Origin: Intoshia linei
Lineage: Eukaryota; Animalia; Orthonectida
Reading direction: 5' to 3'
Length of the DNA: 64,000 nucleotides
Assembly (NCBI GenBank): GCA_001642005.1
Contig: LWCA01000027.1
Location: 1 to 64,000 of the forward strand
The translations under genes and the position numbers were made by a program. Under the pieces are notes generated by a model. The model searched no databases and was not told the DNA's origin. It saw nothing but the letters and a program-made list of their open reading frames with translations. Below are positions 13,701 to 27,027 of this stretch, one piece after another. The stretch's first letter is position 1, and the number at the start of each line of letters is the position of its first letter.

Positions 13701-16700
13701 CCAGGGTGTCAATTATGCGTGCCTCGGCTCATTTTTATTAATACACATCATATTTCATTTTATGAATTAAAATTATTATAAATTAATTAAATCTGTTAGT
13801 TTTAACATAATTTTTTGAGTAAAGATTTTTATTGTGCGGCCCAACAAATTGAGTCTGACATTCCTGCTCTATACATTCTGTCAAATAAATAATTTGAAAT
13901 TAATAATAAATCCGTATGAAACGTCTTAGAACAATATGCTAAATTCATTAATATGTTTTTTATTAAAATTTAGAATTAATTTTCATTATTTAATTCAACG
14001 TCATTATATGAAAGAAAACAAATCGGAAGACTCAAACATTACCTTTTCAAGTGAACTGAATGTTGAAAACCCAGAAATAATTATCGATAATTCAATAAAA
14101 TCAGTTTTAGTTTTGGGTTCAGGAGGTTTAATTATAGGGCAGGCGGGTGAATTCGATTACAGTGGTTCACAGGCTTTGCTAGCCTTAAAAGACCTTGGCG
14201 TATACACAATTTTGATTAATCCAAACATTGCAACAGTTCAAACAACCAGCCATATAGCTAATGAAATTTACAGTCTTCCATTAACAATGGAATATATTGG
14301 AGAGGTATTTGTCCAATTTGTATAATTTTACTTATATAAATGTAGGTTATCAAGGAAAAAAGGCCTGATGGGATTTTAATCAGTTTCGGAGGACAAACGG
14401 CATTGAATTGTGGAATACAACTACAAGAATGTGGAATTTTGGAAAAATATTATGTAAAAATTTTGGGTACGCAATTATCTTCAATTATAAATTCGGAAGA
14501 CCGAACCGTTTTCAGTCAAAAAATGTTGGATATTGGTGAAAACGTTCCAACTTGTAGAACCATCAGTTCTTTTGATAATGCTAAACAAATCGCTAGCGAA
14601 TTGGGCTATCCAGTAATGATTAGAAGTGATTATACTCTTGGAGGATTAGGTTCTGGGTTCGCGTATAACGTGGAGGAACTATGTTCGCAAGCAAATATTG
14701 CTTTACAGTATTCTGATAAAATTCAAATTGTAAAATCTTTAATTGGTTGGAGAGAAATTGAATACGAAGTTATTCGGGATGTATTTGGTAATTGTGTGGT
14801 AATATGTAATATGGAAAACTTTGATCCAGTCGGAGTTCACACTGGAGAATCGGTAGTGGTTGCGCCAAGTCAAACCATCACAAGTGAAGAATATCATACT
14901 TTACGAGAAACTTCGATAAAAATTGCTAATTACATGTCAATTGTTGGAGAGTGTAATGTTCAATATGCGATGGATCCAAATTCGGCGAAATACTATGTTA
15001 TTGAAATGAATGCCAGATTATCTCGTAGTTCCGCTCTAGCGAGTAAAGCTACTGGTTACCCTATAGCCTACATTGCAGCAGTTTTATCGTTAAATGCATC
15101 TTTACCTAGTATAAGAAATAAGCTCACGCTCAACAAAACAACCGCCAATTTTGAACCTAGTTTGGATTATTGTGTTGTTAAATTACCCAGATGGGACATG
15201 GACAAGTTTTCTAGAGTTTCGTACAATATTGGCACGGTAATGAAAAGTGTAGGAGAGGTTATGGCTATTGATAGATCATTTGAATCAGCATTTCAAAAGG
15301 CAATTAGAATGTGTGATACTAATATTTTAGGTTTCGATCCACTATATTTCAAACTAGAAAACGATCAGGATTTACAAATTCCTAGTAGTGTGCGTATATT
15401 TTACATTGCTTCGGCTTTTTATTGCGGCTATACTGTAGACAAGGTGCATTTATTGACAAACATTAACAAGTGGTTTTTGGAAAAACTTTTGGGTATAATT
15501 AATCATTACAAAGTTTTGGAAAAACTTGGATGTGTAGAGAATCCTTCGCTGTTAATAAAATCTAAATTATTAGGATTTTCGGACCGATTTATAGCGCGAA
15601 TTATAAAAAATAATGAAGCGACCATTCAAATGACTCGAATAAATTTAAATATCTTCCCTGTGGTACGTAAAATCGACACGGTGGCAGGCGAATGGCCGGC
15701 ACCATCTAATTATTTGTATCTTACTTACTGCTATTCTGTAGCTCTCGATCTAAACAAGTCTGTTAGTGACACAATTTGTGACAATGAAAATGATATTCAT
15801 GATGTTAATTTTGATACAGACGTCGAAAGCATTTTGGTCTTGGGTTCAGGTGTTTATAGAATCGGTAGTAGTGTCGAATTTGACTGGTGCGCGGTTTCAT
15901 GTGTCAACAAACTACGGCAGATGAAGTTTAAAACAATTATGATTAACTATAACCCCGAGACAGTTTCAACCGATTACAATATTTGTGATAGACTCTATTT
16001 CGAGGAAGTTTCTTTTGAAACTGTGTGTGAAGTGTATCGTTTAGAAAACCCTAACGGTATAATAATAAGTATGGGAGGACAATTGCCAAACAATATAGCT
16101 GTTGACTTGTTTAGAAAAGGTCTGCATATATTGGGAACATCAGTAGATAGCATTGACATAGCAGAAAATAGATTCATGTTTTCCCGTATGCTTGATGAAA
16201 TTGGAATAAAACAACCTCAATGGAAAGAATTGACTAGTATCGAATCAATCAAGGAATTTGCCACTAACGTTGGGTATCCAGTTTTGGTTAGACCATCCTA
16301 TGTCCTCAGTGGCGCAGCTATGAATGTCGTGCATTGTGAAGATGATATTGATAATTTTTTGCATGTTGCAACCAAATTATCTCCTCGACACCCGGTAGTC
16401 ATATCAAAGTATTTTCAAGACGCCAAAGAGATTGATATTGACGTGGTGGCTCTATCTGGCAAAATTTTGTCGTATGCTATATCGGAACACATTGAACAGG
16501 CTGGCATTCATTCCGGCGATGCAAGTTTTGTAACCCCACCTCAAAGATTAAATAAATTGACCCTTGAAAACATTAAAGAAATAACTGACAAAATTGTCAA
16601 GAAATTTAATATATGCGGTCCATTCAACATGCAACTGATAGCTAAAAACAATCAATTGTATGTTATTGAATGTAATTTACGTGCCTCTCGGTCTTTTCCA

Positions 16701-19700
16701 TTTATATCAAAAGTGTATAATAATGATTTTGTTTCATTGGCCACGGAAGCCATAGTCTATCCTTTGCGACACAAGAAGGAGGAACCAAAAAAACAGAACC
16801 TGGACAATTGGCAAAGAGTTGGAATCAAAGTTCCAGTTTTTTCTTATGCTAGACTTACGGGATCTGATATATTTAAAGGCGTTGAAATGAATAGTACTGG
16901 AGAAGTTGCCACCTTCTCTGATGATGTTCATAAAGCCTATTTGAAATCTTTATTGGCTGCAGGAATTCATTTACCAAAGAAAAACATTTTTGTATCTATC
17001 GGGTCTTATAAAAATAAAATAAAATTAATCAATTCCATGAAAAGGTTCAAAAAACTGGGTTTCAAGTTGCATGCAAGTTTCGGAACAGCTGATTTTTACA
17101 TACAGAATAATATTGACATGAAATCAATAGAATGGCCGCATTGTCCACATAAAACTATAAATAAATCTGGAGAAATATATACCAATACAATGGACATTTT
17201 AAAATTGATTAACGAAAATAATATAGACTTTATTCTAAATATACCAACTCGTGACGGGTCCCACAGAGCTTCTTCATTCTTACTTACACCTGGCTATAAA
17301 ATGAGACAATTGGCTATTGAAAGACATATTCCAGTTTTTACGGATGTTAGAAATATACAAATGCTATCGAAATCCCTTTATATGCTCAACAACGAATTGA
17401 TACCTTCTATTTCATCGATTGACATGATACATAGTACCACTGTTGTACAACTTCCTGGATTAATTGACATTCACGTGCACGTTAGGGAACCTGGTGGAAC
17501 ACACAAAGAGGATTTCACCACTGCTACTGCGTCAGCCATTTGTGGCGGTATCACCACCATACTTGCAATGCCGAATACCATTCCCTCACTCGTGGACGAG
17601 TCTACCCTTATTTTGGTTGAAACGTGCGCTAAAGACAAAGCAATGTGTGATTACGGTCTGTATTTCGGAGCTTCTGAAAAAAACACAAATTTTTTTACTT
17701 CTGAGGCGAGTACAAACGTCATTTCCAATTTAATTGCCATGAAAATGTACCTTAACGATACATATTCGACCTTGAAAATGAACAATATTGCTGATTGGGT
17801 TTCTCATATACAAAATTTACCTCAAGGAATGCCACTATGTGTTCATGCAGAAGGACAAACTATGCCGGCGATTGTTTTAATTGCTCATTTGTATAAAAAA
17901 CCAATTCATATTTGTCACGTTTCGACCAAGGAACAAATAGAACTAATAAAAAAATTAAAACTAGACAATTACAATATAACATGTGAAGTCTGTCCGCATC
18001 ATTTAATTAAACCTCCAAATTGTGATTCGTCTTTTTTATCCGTTAAACCTCCTCTCAATTCAGACGAAGATGTCGTTGCTCTATGGGAAAATTTAGAATA
18101 TATTGATTGTTTTGCCTCAGACCACGCGCCCCATGTTAAAAATGAAAAGGAAAAAATGAAATGCCCTGGATTTCCGGGAATCGAAACAATGTTACCGCTA
18201 CTGTTGACAAAAGTAAACCAATCCAATGGAAAATTCAAACTAGAAGATATTGTAGAAAGAATGTACACAAACCCCAAAAAAATTTTCAATTTACCAGATC
18301 AAAATGACACTTATATCGAAGTGGACATGTCTGAAGAATGGACGATTGATGCAGCCAATTTACAAAGCAAATGTAAATGGACTCCTTACCAGGGAATGCA
18401 TGTTATTGGTAAATTGAAAAAGGTCGTTTTGCGGAAATCTATTGTTTATACTAATGGAAAGTTGTTGGCTACTCAAGGCATGGGCAAACAAATAAAAACT
18501 CTTAAATGTACAAAGAAAACAGATACATATACTGATACACAAGTTAATAAATCCGTTATATCAAACCTTACACCAATTTCGGAGGTGGTTTCAGAAATTA
18601 GAGATGCAGAAACTTCTTTAACGGATGATATTCACAATAATCATTTGTCGTATTCTCACTTTTTGACTGTTAAATCGATTGAAAAGAAAACTATGTACGA
18701 CTTGTTCAATTTAGCTGATAAATATAGACTTTCATCGTTTGAAGAATTGAAAAATTTACCAAATTTAAATAAAATGATTCTTGGTCTCATCTTTTTCGAA
18801 TCTAGTACGAGAACCAAAAACTCATTTGCTAGTGCAATGCTTAAATTGGGTGGTTCAGTTCTTAATTATGAAGACGGTGTGTCTTCAAGAAATAAGGGAG
18901 AATCTTATGAAGGTATTGTTCATATTATTACACATTTCTAATTATCGGGTTTTGTTTATTATTATTTTTTGTTCAGGGGTCCTCAAACGTTCAAATTTTA
19001 CTCGGACCGCTTAAATTTTGATTTCCAAGGAATGTTGATGCACTATTATAAATACTTATTACACCGTTTTCCAAATTTCGGTATGTGAAATAATTTTGAA
19101 AATTTTTTTATTAATTAAAAGTCAATTTATTACCGGTTCGCCGTGAAAAAAGTGTTGGAACCTCGATCTTATTATTTACTTATATTACTTTTTTGCGTTA
19201 TTAGTTAAATATCAACTTTTCATAAGGATGGTTAAATAATTAGTGGGCCGTGGGTATGAATTTTATAACCAATGTTCTATTTTGGAATGTTGAGATTTGA
19301 ATTCTTTTTTGTATGGAAGAAAAATTAAAAATTTTCATACTTTGGTCCGGTTAATTATAAAATGTATTACTTTTAGAATAAAATATCGCAATATAGCGGA
19401 TTGGCGAATTTTAGAGAAAACTGCATTTTAAATTATTTTTTAGATACCTTTAATACTATGAAATGTTATTGTGATATATTGGTTGTAAGGCACCCTACCA
19501 AAGGATTCTTGTCAAAAATATCAAAAAATTGCAATACTCCGATAATTAATGCTGGAGATGGAATTGGAGAACATCCAACACAGGCTTTAATTGACATTTT
19601 TACTATAAGACATGAAATTGGAACTTTGAATGGATTAATAGTATGTATTTGTTATTCATTAAAGATTATGAATAATATTAGTACATGTTCTCAAATTTAC

Positions 19701-21757
19701 AGTTTTTTGAAAATGGTTTATAGTTAATGTTTGAATAAGTAATGGAGAGTAATTTTACTTGAAACAGGGCGAAAATTTTTTTATCAGGAGTAAACATTTA
19801 ATACTAACATACTAATATATTTATTATAACAAATGCCCAAATTAACATATTGGATTTAATTAAGTATAAATCACATGTTCACTGAATATTATTTAGTTAT
19901 ACTATTTTAGATGTTGTATAAAATCACCATTCTTACTTATATATGTTTTGTTTGTCTGTGTTATCGTTTATTTCAATAATAATAATTAATTAATAATTTT
20001 CTATAACTACTAGTCTTAGAATTTTATAAAGTCCACATTTCAATTACAGTTTTTTTGGGACGTATAATAAGATAAATTTCAACCTCCCAAACTCACATCT
20101 TACGGGTCAAACCCTGTTGTCTCTCTTTTTGAAGAGCAAACGAGTTGGAGAATTTAAAAAAATATAACCCAATTGTCCCTCTTTTTAAAAATCAAACGAG
20201 TTGGAGAATTTAAAAAAATATATGGGCTGATACGGATTTTAACATCATAAACATTATCATAAAATTAAAAAAATATCTTCAGGGCCAAAACCCCAAATTA
20301 CCCTTCTTTTTTTAATTGGAAACTGCCCTAGAATTTAAAAAAATTTACAGGTGGTAGTTGTATCCTGTTAACACACACAAAAATTTTCAATCTGAATAAG
20401 TGACGCCTTCACGGTCAAAAAAGTAATTTAGTATTTATATTTTTTTTTTCCGATATATTTTATCAAAACAATTATTATTATTTGATACAGAATTTTTCCT
20501 AACGCTTTTCAAAATTGTATCTATGAGTTAAGGCTAATGATATAGTAGTTTTCTTCAATTTTTGGGGAAGGTTTCTCTAAAATATTAGTTTAATTATTTT
20601 TTGATGTTTTATTTAAGAATATCCAAATTTTTAATTAAATTGAAGTGTCAAATGTTACTGACACTCATACTAAATATATGTAATAACCTGTGATAAAAAA
20701 CCTTTTTTTGAGTAAACAAAAAATAGCCCACAGGTGAAAGATGAAAAATTTTGTGTATGTGACAAATATCTATAAGAAAATATTTGAAATCAAAAAAAAA
20801 CCAGTCTTTTTCCCTAATTGTCATTTAAAAAATGAAAATACAGTCAAAATTCATACTATATTTAAAATTGAAGCTTATTAAATTTCACAATTCGTATTTA
20901 ATTTTTTTTTATCAGATAAAAGTTTAAACTTTAAAATAAAGTAAAAAAATAAGAATATAAATAAATAATTTTACAATAGGTAATTCTTTAGTTTAATCTT
21001 ATGTAAAGGTTATTGTAAATATCTAATCAAAATTCCCAAAATTTGAAATGATTTATTTTTTTATTGGACATTATAGACACCCTTTCCGAAAATTGATTCG
21101 TGCAAGGGCTTAAATCAAAACAGATAAAATTATTTTTGATTAGAACTTTGTTATTATAATATAATTTTATGTAATAACATAATTTAGATTACATTAATGG
21201 GAGATTTAGCAAATGGACGAACTATTCATTCACTAATTAAACTTCTTTGTAACCACCGAATCACCTTGAGATATGTTTATAATGATGGGTTTGGTATTTC
21301 GGGAGAATTGTGGAATTATGTAAACAAGAGAAATATAGAACAGGTACCAATAAAAATATTTTTAGATTGTATATATTTATTCATTTAGAAACGTTTTAGA
21401 ACAGTAGAAGAAGCTATCGTCGATTGCGATGTACTTTACTGTACACGAATTCAAAAAGAAAGGTTTTCTGCGAATGAAACTAAAACACGGGTTTATTACG
21501 AAAGCAGTGATTTTGAAGTTTTAATAGTTAAAAAAATAATAATACTTTATTAGATGGAACCAAAATTTGTTGTTACCCCTACAGTAATGTATATGGCTAA
21601 AACGAAAATGATTGTGATGCACCCTCTACCAAGATGTGATGAGATTGACAAACGTATAGACAATGATCCTAGAGCAGCTTACTTCAGACAGGTCGAATAC
21701 GGTCTTTATGTGCGTATGGCTCTTCTCGTATATATACTAGCCTCTGATGTACAATAA
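7740..21757 (+). CDS. CAD: CAD trifunctional protein (GATase-CPSase-DHOase-ATCase), multi-exon
   Basis: Exon 1 7740-7827 ([18 protein letters not shown]) splices to [15 protein letters not shown]. GATase has ICLGHQ and VQFHPE. CPS has [31 protein letters not shown] and RPSYVLSG. DHOase has [15 protein letters not shown] and SDHAPH. ATCase has [14 protein letters not shown] and MHPLPR. Stop at 21755-21757. Confidence 0.97.
8300..8712 (+). mobile_element. hAT (Buster-like) transposase remnant in CAD intron 1
   Basis: Fragmented [23 protein letters not shown] resembles the hAT CTDGA..M.G..GF..HCIIH motif. It ends in an AAAAGGTTGAGAATCCCTG hAT-type terminus. Confidence 0.6.
9780..10420 (+). repeat. 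Dispersed modular repeat family (copies at ~12900-13530 and ~19980-20460 inverted; ~51360-51740, ~59940-60610 and ~63220-63440 direct)
   Basis: Shared blocks such as GATTTCTGGGGTTGAAATTTTGTATTTATATC, TTTTTTGACYRTGAAGGYGTCACTTATTC and AAAATCCGTATCAG occur in multiple copies in both orientations. Confidence 0.8.
13702..13866. mobile_element. hAT-type MITE
   Basis: Termini CAGGGTGTCA...TGACATTCCTG are flanked by a perfect 8-bp TSD, CTCTATAC. Confidence 0.8.
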
Positions 21758-21778
21758 GAAATTTATTGAATTTAGTAT

Positions 21779-22739
21779 TTACAACGAATTGTTACTTTTG
21801 TACTAAATATATCAGATTTATATTTACATTTTTTACCTTTAATTCTTTGCATTTCTTTGTAATTATTGTTAGATCGGATCGTGTCTCTTCCAATTTATTT
21901 TTGGATGTTTTCAATAGTAAGCACTAATGTTAATAACAATATAAGTACAAAATTCCAAATATATGAAAAACCAAAAAAATTAAATAGGGTTTATGTTTCC
22001 TATTTGAATCTGTTCAAAAAATAAGTGATACCAAGCGATGTATATTGTTATTCAACAAAAATGCCTCCATGTCGCCATTTAGATTTTTTAAAGATTTTAA
22101 ACAATTTAATTGATTTTCTCTAGAATATTTTTTTAATAAAATACAAAATATGCAATTAAACCAGCGGTTATCATTTTAACCAAAATTTAGTAAATTTAGA
22201 TGCTGTTACCCTTTATTAAAATTCAACTCGGATTGATAAAAACTGTCTTTAATGACCAGTAAAGAGACTATTCTCTCACTAGTCAGTTAATATTGGGATT
22301 GACTTAATTTTCCCAAAATAGGCATGTGGTAAGTTTATACAACATAATTTCCATACCTTGGTCCCATTTGTTTATAGAACTAACTTTACCAAAAAAAGTA
22401 GGGATATAGAGGATTGGAGAGCTACAAACTGGTTTACTGTAGATTACAATGTACAGAGAAACTACCACAAAATTAAATGTAATTTTTTAAAGTTAATTTT
22501 GAAAATATTATATCAATTAAAAAACTCGACCAATTTTTAACCACAGATTTACTTTTGCATGCGAATTTGTACAAAATTTACTGTATGCGATCAATATAAT
22601 CTTTGTTTTTCAATAAAACATCAAAAAAGGTATTTAGTAGTGTTACACCCGTATCCGTGGAAGTATTCTGGGAAATGCAAGTATCGAATTTATCACTAGA
22701 TTCCGTAATATCAGTAGAGCTTTCTTTAGTTTCTTTCAT
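21779..22739 (-). CDS. Putative small multi-exon gene of unknown function between CAD and MTG1
   Basis: ATG at 22739 opens MKETKESSTDITESSDKFDTC... A middle segment reads SLYIVIYSKPVC..SINKWDQGMEIM. The terminal exons CLLLKTSKNKLEETRSDLTIITKKCKELK|YKSNNSL* are joined by a canonical short GT-AG intron. The full exon chain is unresolved. Confidence 0.4.
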
Positions 22740-22810
22740 ATTTTTTTGAATCCTTGCGAGTTACAAGTTCAAATACAAACACTAGTAAATAAATTTGAAT
22801 TGAAATTAAA

Positions 22811-25800
22811 ATGTTTCGAATACCCAACAGTAGCATTCTCAAATATTTTCCTGGTCATATGGCCAAAGGTTAAATAAGATAAATGTAATTTCAAAATTTC
22901 AATACTAGGTTTACGTATCATCAAAAATAAGGTTTCATCTGTCGATTGTATTATAGAAATAAGAGACGCCAGAGTATTTTTCTAAATTTGTATTTATCAT
23001 TTATATAAATAATGCTTATTATACAACAGATACCCTTTTCTAGTCATTCCTCAAAATTAGCACAGTTTACATCAAAAAAACCTTATGTACTGATATTGAA
23101 TAAGTCTGATCTTATTTCTACCAAAGACATGAAGAATATAGAGAAAAGGTTGAAAAATAATGGACTCGATAATTATATATTTACGAGTTGTATTGATAAT
23201 CACAAAAAAGTCGTTGAAAATATAATTGACAAAGTTTCCACCACTATCCAAGAAAAATGTTCAATGTTTCAATCTTCAGTAAACATTTTATCAAAAAAAA
23301 ATTTTTTTGAGTTTTAAAATTTGATTAGAGATTCACAGAATTCAAAAATATATAAATATCAATTTATTTTAACCCGAATACTCTCAGTGTGACCATATAT
23401 TCACACATTACAATTATAAAAACACGTATCAAATTAAAACAAAGTTAATTAAATATGAAAAAATAAATTAATTAGTATATTATATAACATTTGAGTATAT
23501 TAGTTATGGGTTTTCACCGATTAGCCTCCTGTGTCACTGACAGTGGGCCAAAATGATTTTTCAAAACAAAAAAAAATGAAATTTCAAAAAATTGGAAAAA
23601 TTTGTATGGGAGTATTCGGGTTAAAGGTACTTTTAGAGTTTAAATGTACTGTATATTCTCTCTAGTTCCCAATGTTGGGATAGAATAATTTTGGAGTAGT
23701 AGAGAATTTGCCAAATTAAGAAATTATAACAATTTTATATTGTTTTTTATTAAATGTTATTAATGGTGAGATAAAAGTGGCATTTTTGAAATAATACTGT
23801 AGCAATCGTCTAGGGTTTGGGATAAGTTGCCAACATCTGACTATATATATTATATAAGCTGTATATTTCATTAAAAAAGTTGATAAATTTTTTTTTATAT
23901 TTTATTTGAATCTCACAAACCCCAGTCATATGGTTTTAGACCCCCAATTGGGAACCACTGATAAAGAGTATAGACGAATTTTAGACAGAGTAATGTACTC
24001 TAAAATCCATTTTGAAATTTTATGTAATCTCTGTCAATTTTAAAGTTGAATTTATATAAATTTATTTTTAATTTTTTTAAATAGACCCACAAATTAGGCT
24101 TGGTTGTTGGAATGCCCAATGTCGGGAAATCTACATTTATTAATAAACTAAGGCAGATTAAATTAAAAAGAAGTACATTAATATCCATACATTTTTAATT
24201 ATTCATGGTTTAGAAGGAAGGGCTACTCCGGTTGGCATGTTTGCAGGAGTAACCAGGCGTGTAATGGATCGTATTAAAGTAGTTTTACAGATATTTATAT
24301 TACAATTACGGTATCTAGGTATGCGATAATCCTTCTTTTTACATGTTAGATACACCAGGAATTTTATCACCTTCCATAGACAGCATTGAAGCCGGTATGC
24401 GAATAGCTTTATGCGGTAATTATTTTAAAAAATACTGTGTGACATTATTTTTAGTTTAATTATTAAAATGTAGAAGTAATATAACCAGTCTTATTCATAA
24501 ATTTTTGGGTTTCGGTTTTGATATCACTGCAGTGTAGATCAGGGTGGGCGAATCGCCCTTTAGGGGCGATTTTTCTATTTTATTTCAGAAAATACATAAT
24601 CTAAAAATTTTTTTTATTAATAACAAATAATATCTAAAAAGAGTTAATCAATTTTATACTCCCTCCGTTCCTAAATAATGTTTACATATTATCATGACTT
24701 TTTGTTCCAAAATAATGTTTACATTTCCAAACTTTTATATCATCATTAAAAACATTTATAAATACACTAAATGTACTATTGAAACTAATTTTTACATTTA
24801 TTATCAAAACTACATTTTATTTAAGATAACTCTTCAATTTTACAAGGTATGCTCATCAATATTTTGCCGAGTCGTAAGGATCGCTTCTGGTTTGCAAGCT
24901 AGGGATATTGGTAGAGTACCATTGTTGCGAAGCCTTGCTTTGCCGATATGCGGTAACTTATACTAATTTCCTTCTTTCGCAAGCATCGTCTCCTTTATAC
25001 ATTGCTGAAGCGTTAAAAATATATTGTCCAGCTTATCTGGGTGTAGCTCATTAAAAGCATTACTCACGCAGCTAATCAGTTTGTCAATGGTCTTCGGAGA
25101 ATACTGATGTTTAATGGATTGGATGGCGTTGAAAAACCCGAGATCCAATACGTTCATGTCGGGGCTATTAAATGGTTGGTTTTTAAACACAATGGAAAAC
25201 CCATGTTTTGATCCCTCTTCCAACATTTCTGGATCATCTTTGTTGAAATGCGGTTTTGCATTGTCTTGTTGAACGTAGATGACGCCATTTGTTTTGGGAA
25301 AGTTTGCTCTGATCGCAGAAAACACATTTTGCACCACTATTCTTTTAAATTTCAGTGTATTTACCCATTCAACATTTTTTGTGACGTAAGTACACTTTGT
25401 TTGGTTCTTGTTGTTTCTTTTGCCTGCCTATTTATACACAAATGGCCAATCTTTCCATTAAAATAAAGCGTATTAGATCGAAATCTATCAAAGAAAATAA
25501 AACTTAAAGTTCACTAAAACAGTGATAATCGGAAAGGTTTATCCCAAATGTAAACATTATTTTAGAACAGAGGGAGTATAATTTTTTAATAAGGTGACCA
25601 GTAACCCCACGAGACATACTGCTGTATTTGATAAAATTTTATTTAGGAAGGTGCGGCCTTATTAAATTTTTTGAGACGTTAGTGCGGCCTTCCAACAGTA
25701 AATGCTTCCCCACCTCTGGCTTAAACCCACAAAATCAGCAATAAAAATTAGAATATACATGAATGTAGGAAAATGGAATTTAAATCACTAAATTATATAA

Positions 25801-26974
25801 ATTTTTTTACTTGAAATAAAATCGATAAATGTGAAATATTACCCATTTAAATTAACCCTTTGACATATTGCGATGTTTTTTTATTATAGTGCAGAAACAT
25901 TTTTTAATTGATTCTAGTGCGTCCCGTTGGAAAAATGTTGACAAACATTTATTTAATGGAGGGGTGGCTAACCTATCCAAATTTCATTTACATTTCATCA
26001 TTGTTTTATCAAACAAGTACGCATTTAAATCCATATATTTGGAAACTAGTAGGATCAAAACAACCCTAAAAATCTCATTAATTAAGGACTACTACACAGT
26101 ATATATACATTTATATTGTAATAAAATAAAAATTATTTTAAAATTAAAATAGTTTATATAAGTATAAATTATATTAGTGGCCGGATTTTCAAAAAAATTT
26201 TTGGCGTATCTGAGATGGGATGTTGAAATGTGGCGCATGGCATATTAAAATGTTGGCCACCCCTGATCTAATGTATACTTTGTACGTGAATTGTGCTTCA
26301 AATCTGCAAAATTTTGAGAATTTATTATTTGTGTTTTAGGGACCATGCAAGATCATTTAGTTGGAAACGAAATTATATGCGAGTATTTGGTATATTGGAT
26401 GAATAAAAATAAAATTAGGTACATTTTTTATAATGTATTTATAATTGATTATTGCAGTGGTTTTTTGATTATATTACTATATCTTTCATAGGGCAAACCC
26501 CTTATTTGTGTCTTATTTTTATTAAAATATTTTTTGATGTGAATAAAATAAAATAATCATGTATAGTAGGCATAACTCATATTTGTATGTACAGAACGAA
26601 TGGAAAAATTTTACTGCATTAAGATCTGAAAAATCTGAAAAACCACTGCAGCGCTGAATTATAAATACTAAAATTAATGATGATTATATTTACTTTAACT
26701 ATATATTTAATTAAATTTAATTAAATAGCAACTTTACAAAATATTATCAATTGGATTCTATTGACGGTGATATATATGAAATTTTGAAAAATATTGCAAT
26801 TGCAAGGAATCTTTTTAGTCAGCATAAAACTGTCACAAGTATTGTATTTTTTCACTCTGATATTATTGAAATTTAGAAAAAATTGTGTCTATCCCCGATT
26901 ACAATTTAATATCCAATAAAATTATTCGCGACTTTAGATCAGGAAACCTTGGAAAAATATGCCTAGATTTGTAA
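22811..26974 (+). CDS. MTG1: Mitochondrial ribosome-associated GTPase 1 (RbgA/YlqF family), multi-exon
   Basis: [28 protein letters not shown] (G4), [10 protein letters not shown] (G1), AGVTR, MLDTPGI (G3) and C-terminal [12 protein letters not shown]. The G-motif order is circularly permuted. Confidence 0.93.
23373..23620. mobile_element. piggyBac-type MITE in MTG1 intron
   Basis: TTAA|CCCGAATACTCTCA ... TGGGAGTATTCGGG|TTAA gives a 14-bp TIR with one mismatch and a TTAA target duplication. Confidence 0.8.
24659..25576 (-). mobile_element. Internally deleted DD39D (plant-type) mariner element with Stowaway-like TIRs
   Basis: TA|CTCCCTCCGTTCCTAAATAATGTTTACAT ... ATGTAAACATTATTTTAGAACAGAGGGAG|TA gives a 29-bp TIR with 3 mismatches. 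ORF 24963-25337 has QQDNAKPH...[18 protein letters not shown] with 39 residues between the 2nd and 3rd catalytic Asp. Confidence 0.92.
25959..26265. mobile_element. hAT-type MITE
   Basis: GAGGGGTGGCTAAC...GTTGGCCACCCCTG with TSD ATTTAATG/ATCTAATG. Same family as 36426-36506. Confidence 0.7.
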
Positions 26975-27027
26975 ATATTTTGAAACAATTGTAAATATTT
27001 TATTAATTGTAAATTAATGAATAAAAA

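Noticed and set aside
15995-18542. Several antisense and alternate-frame ORFs within CAD
   Set aside because: These are shadow ORFs of the long coding exon with no recognisable motifs.
14403-18941. Long intronless CPS/DHO ORF as a bacterial HGT or contaminant
   Set aside because: It is in frame with spliced flanking exons and has the fused eukaryotic CAD domain order.
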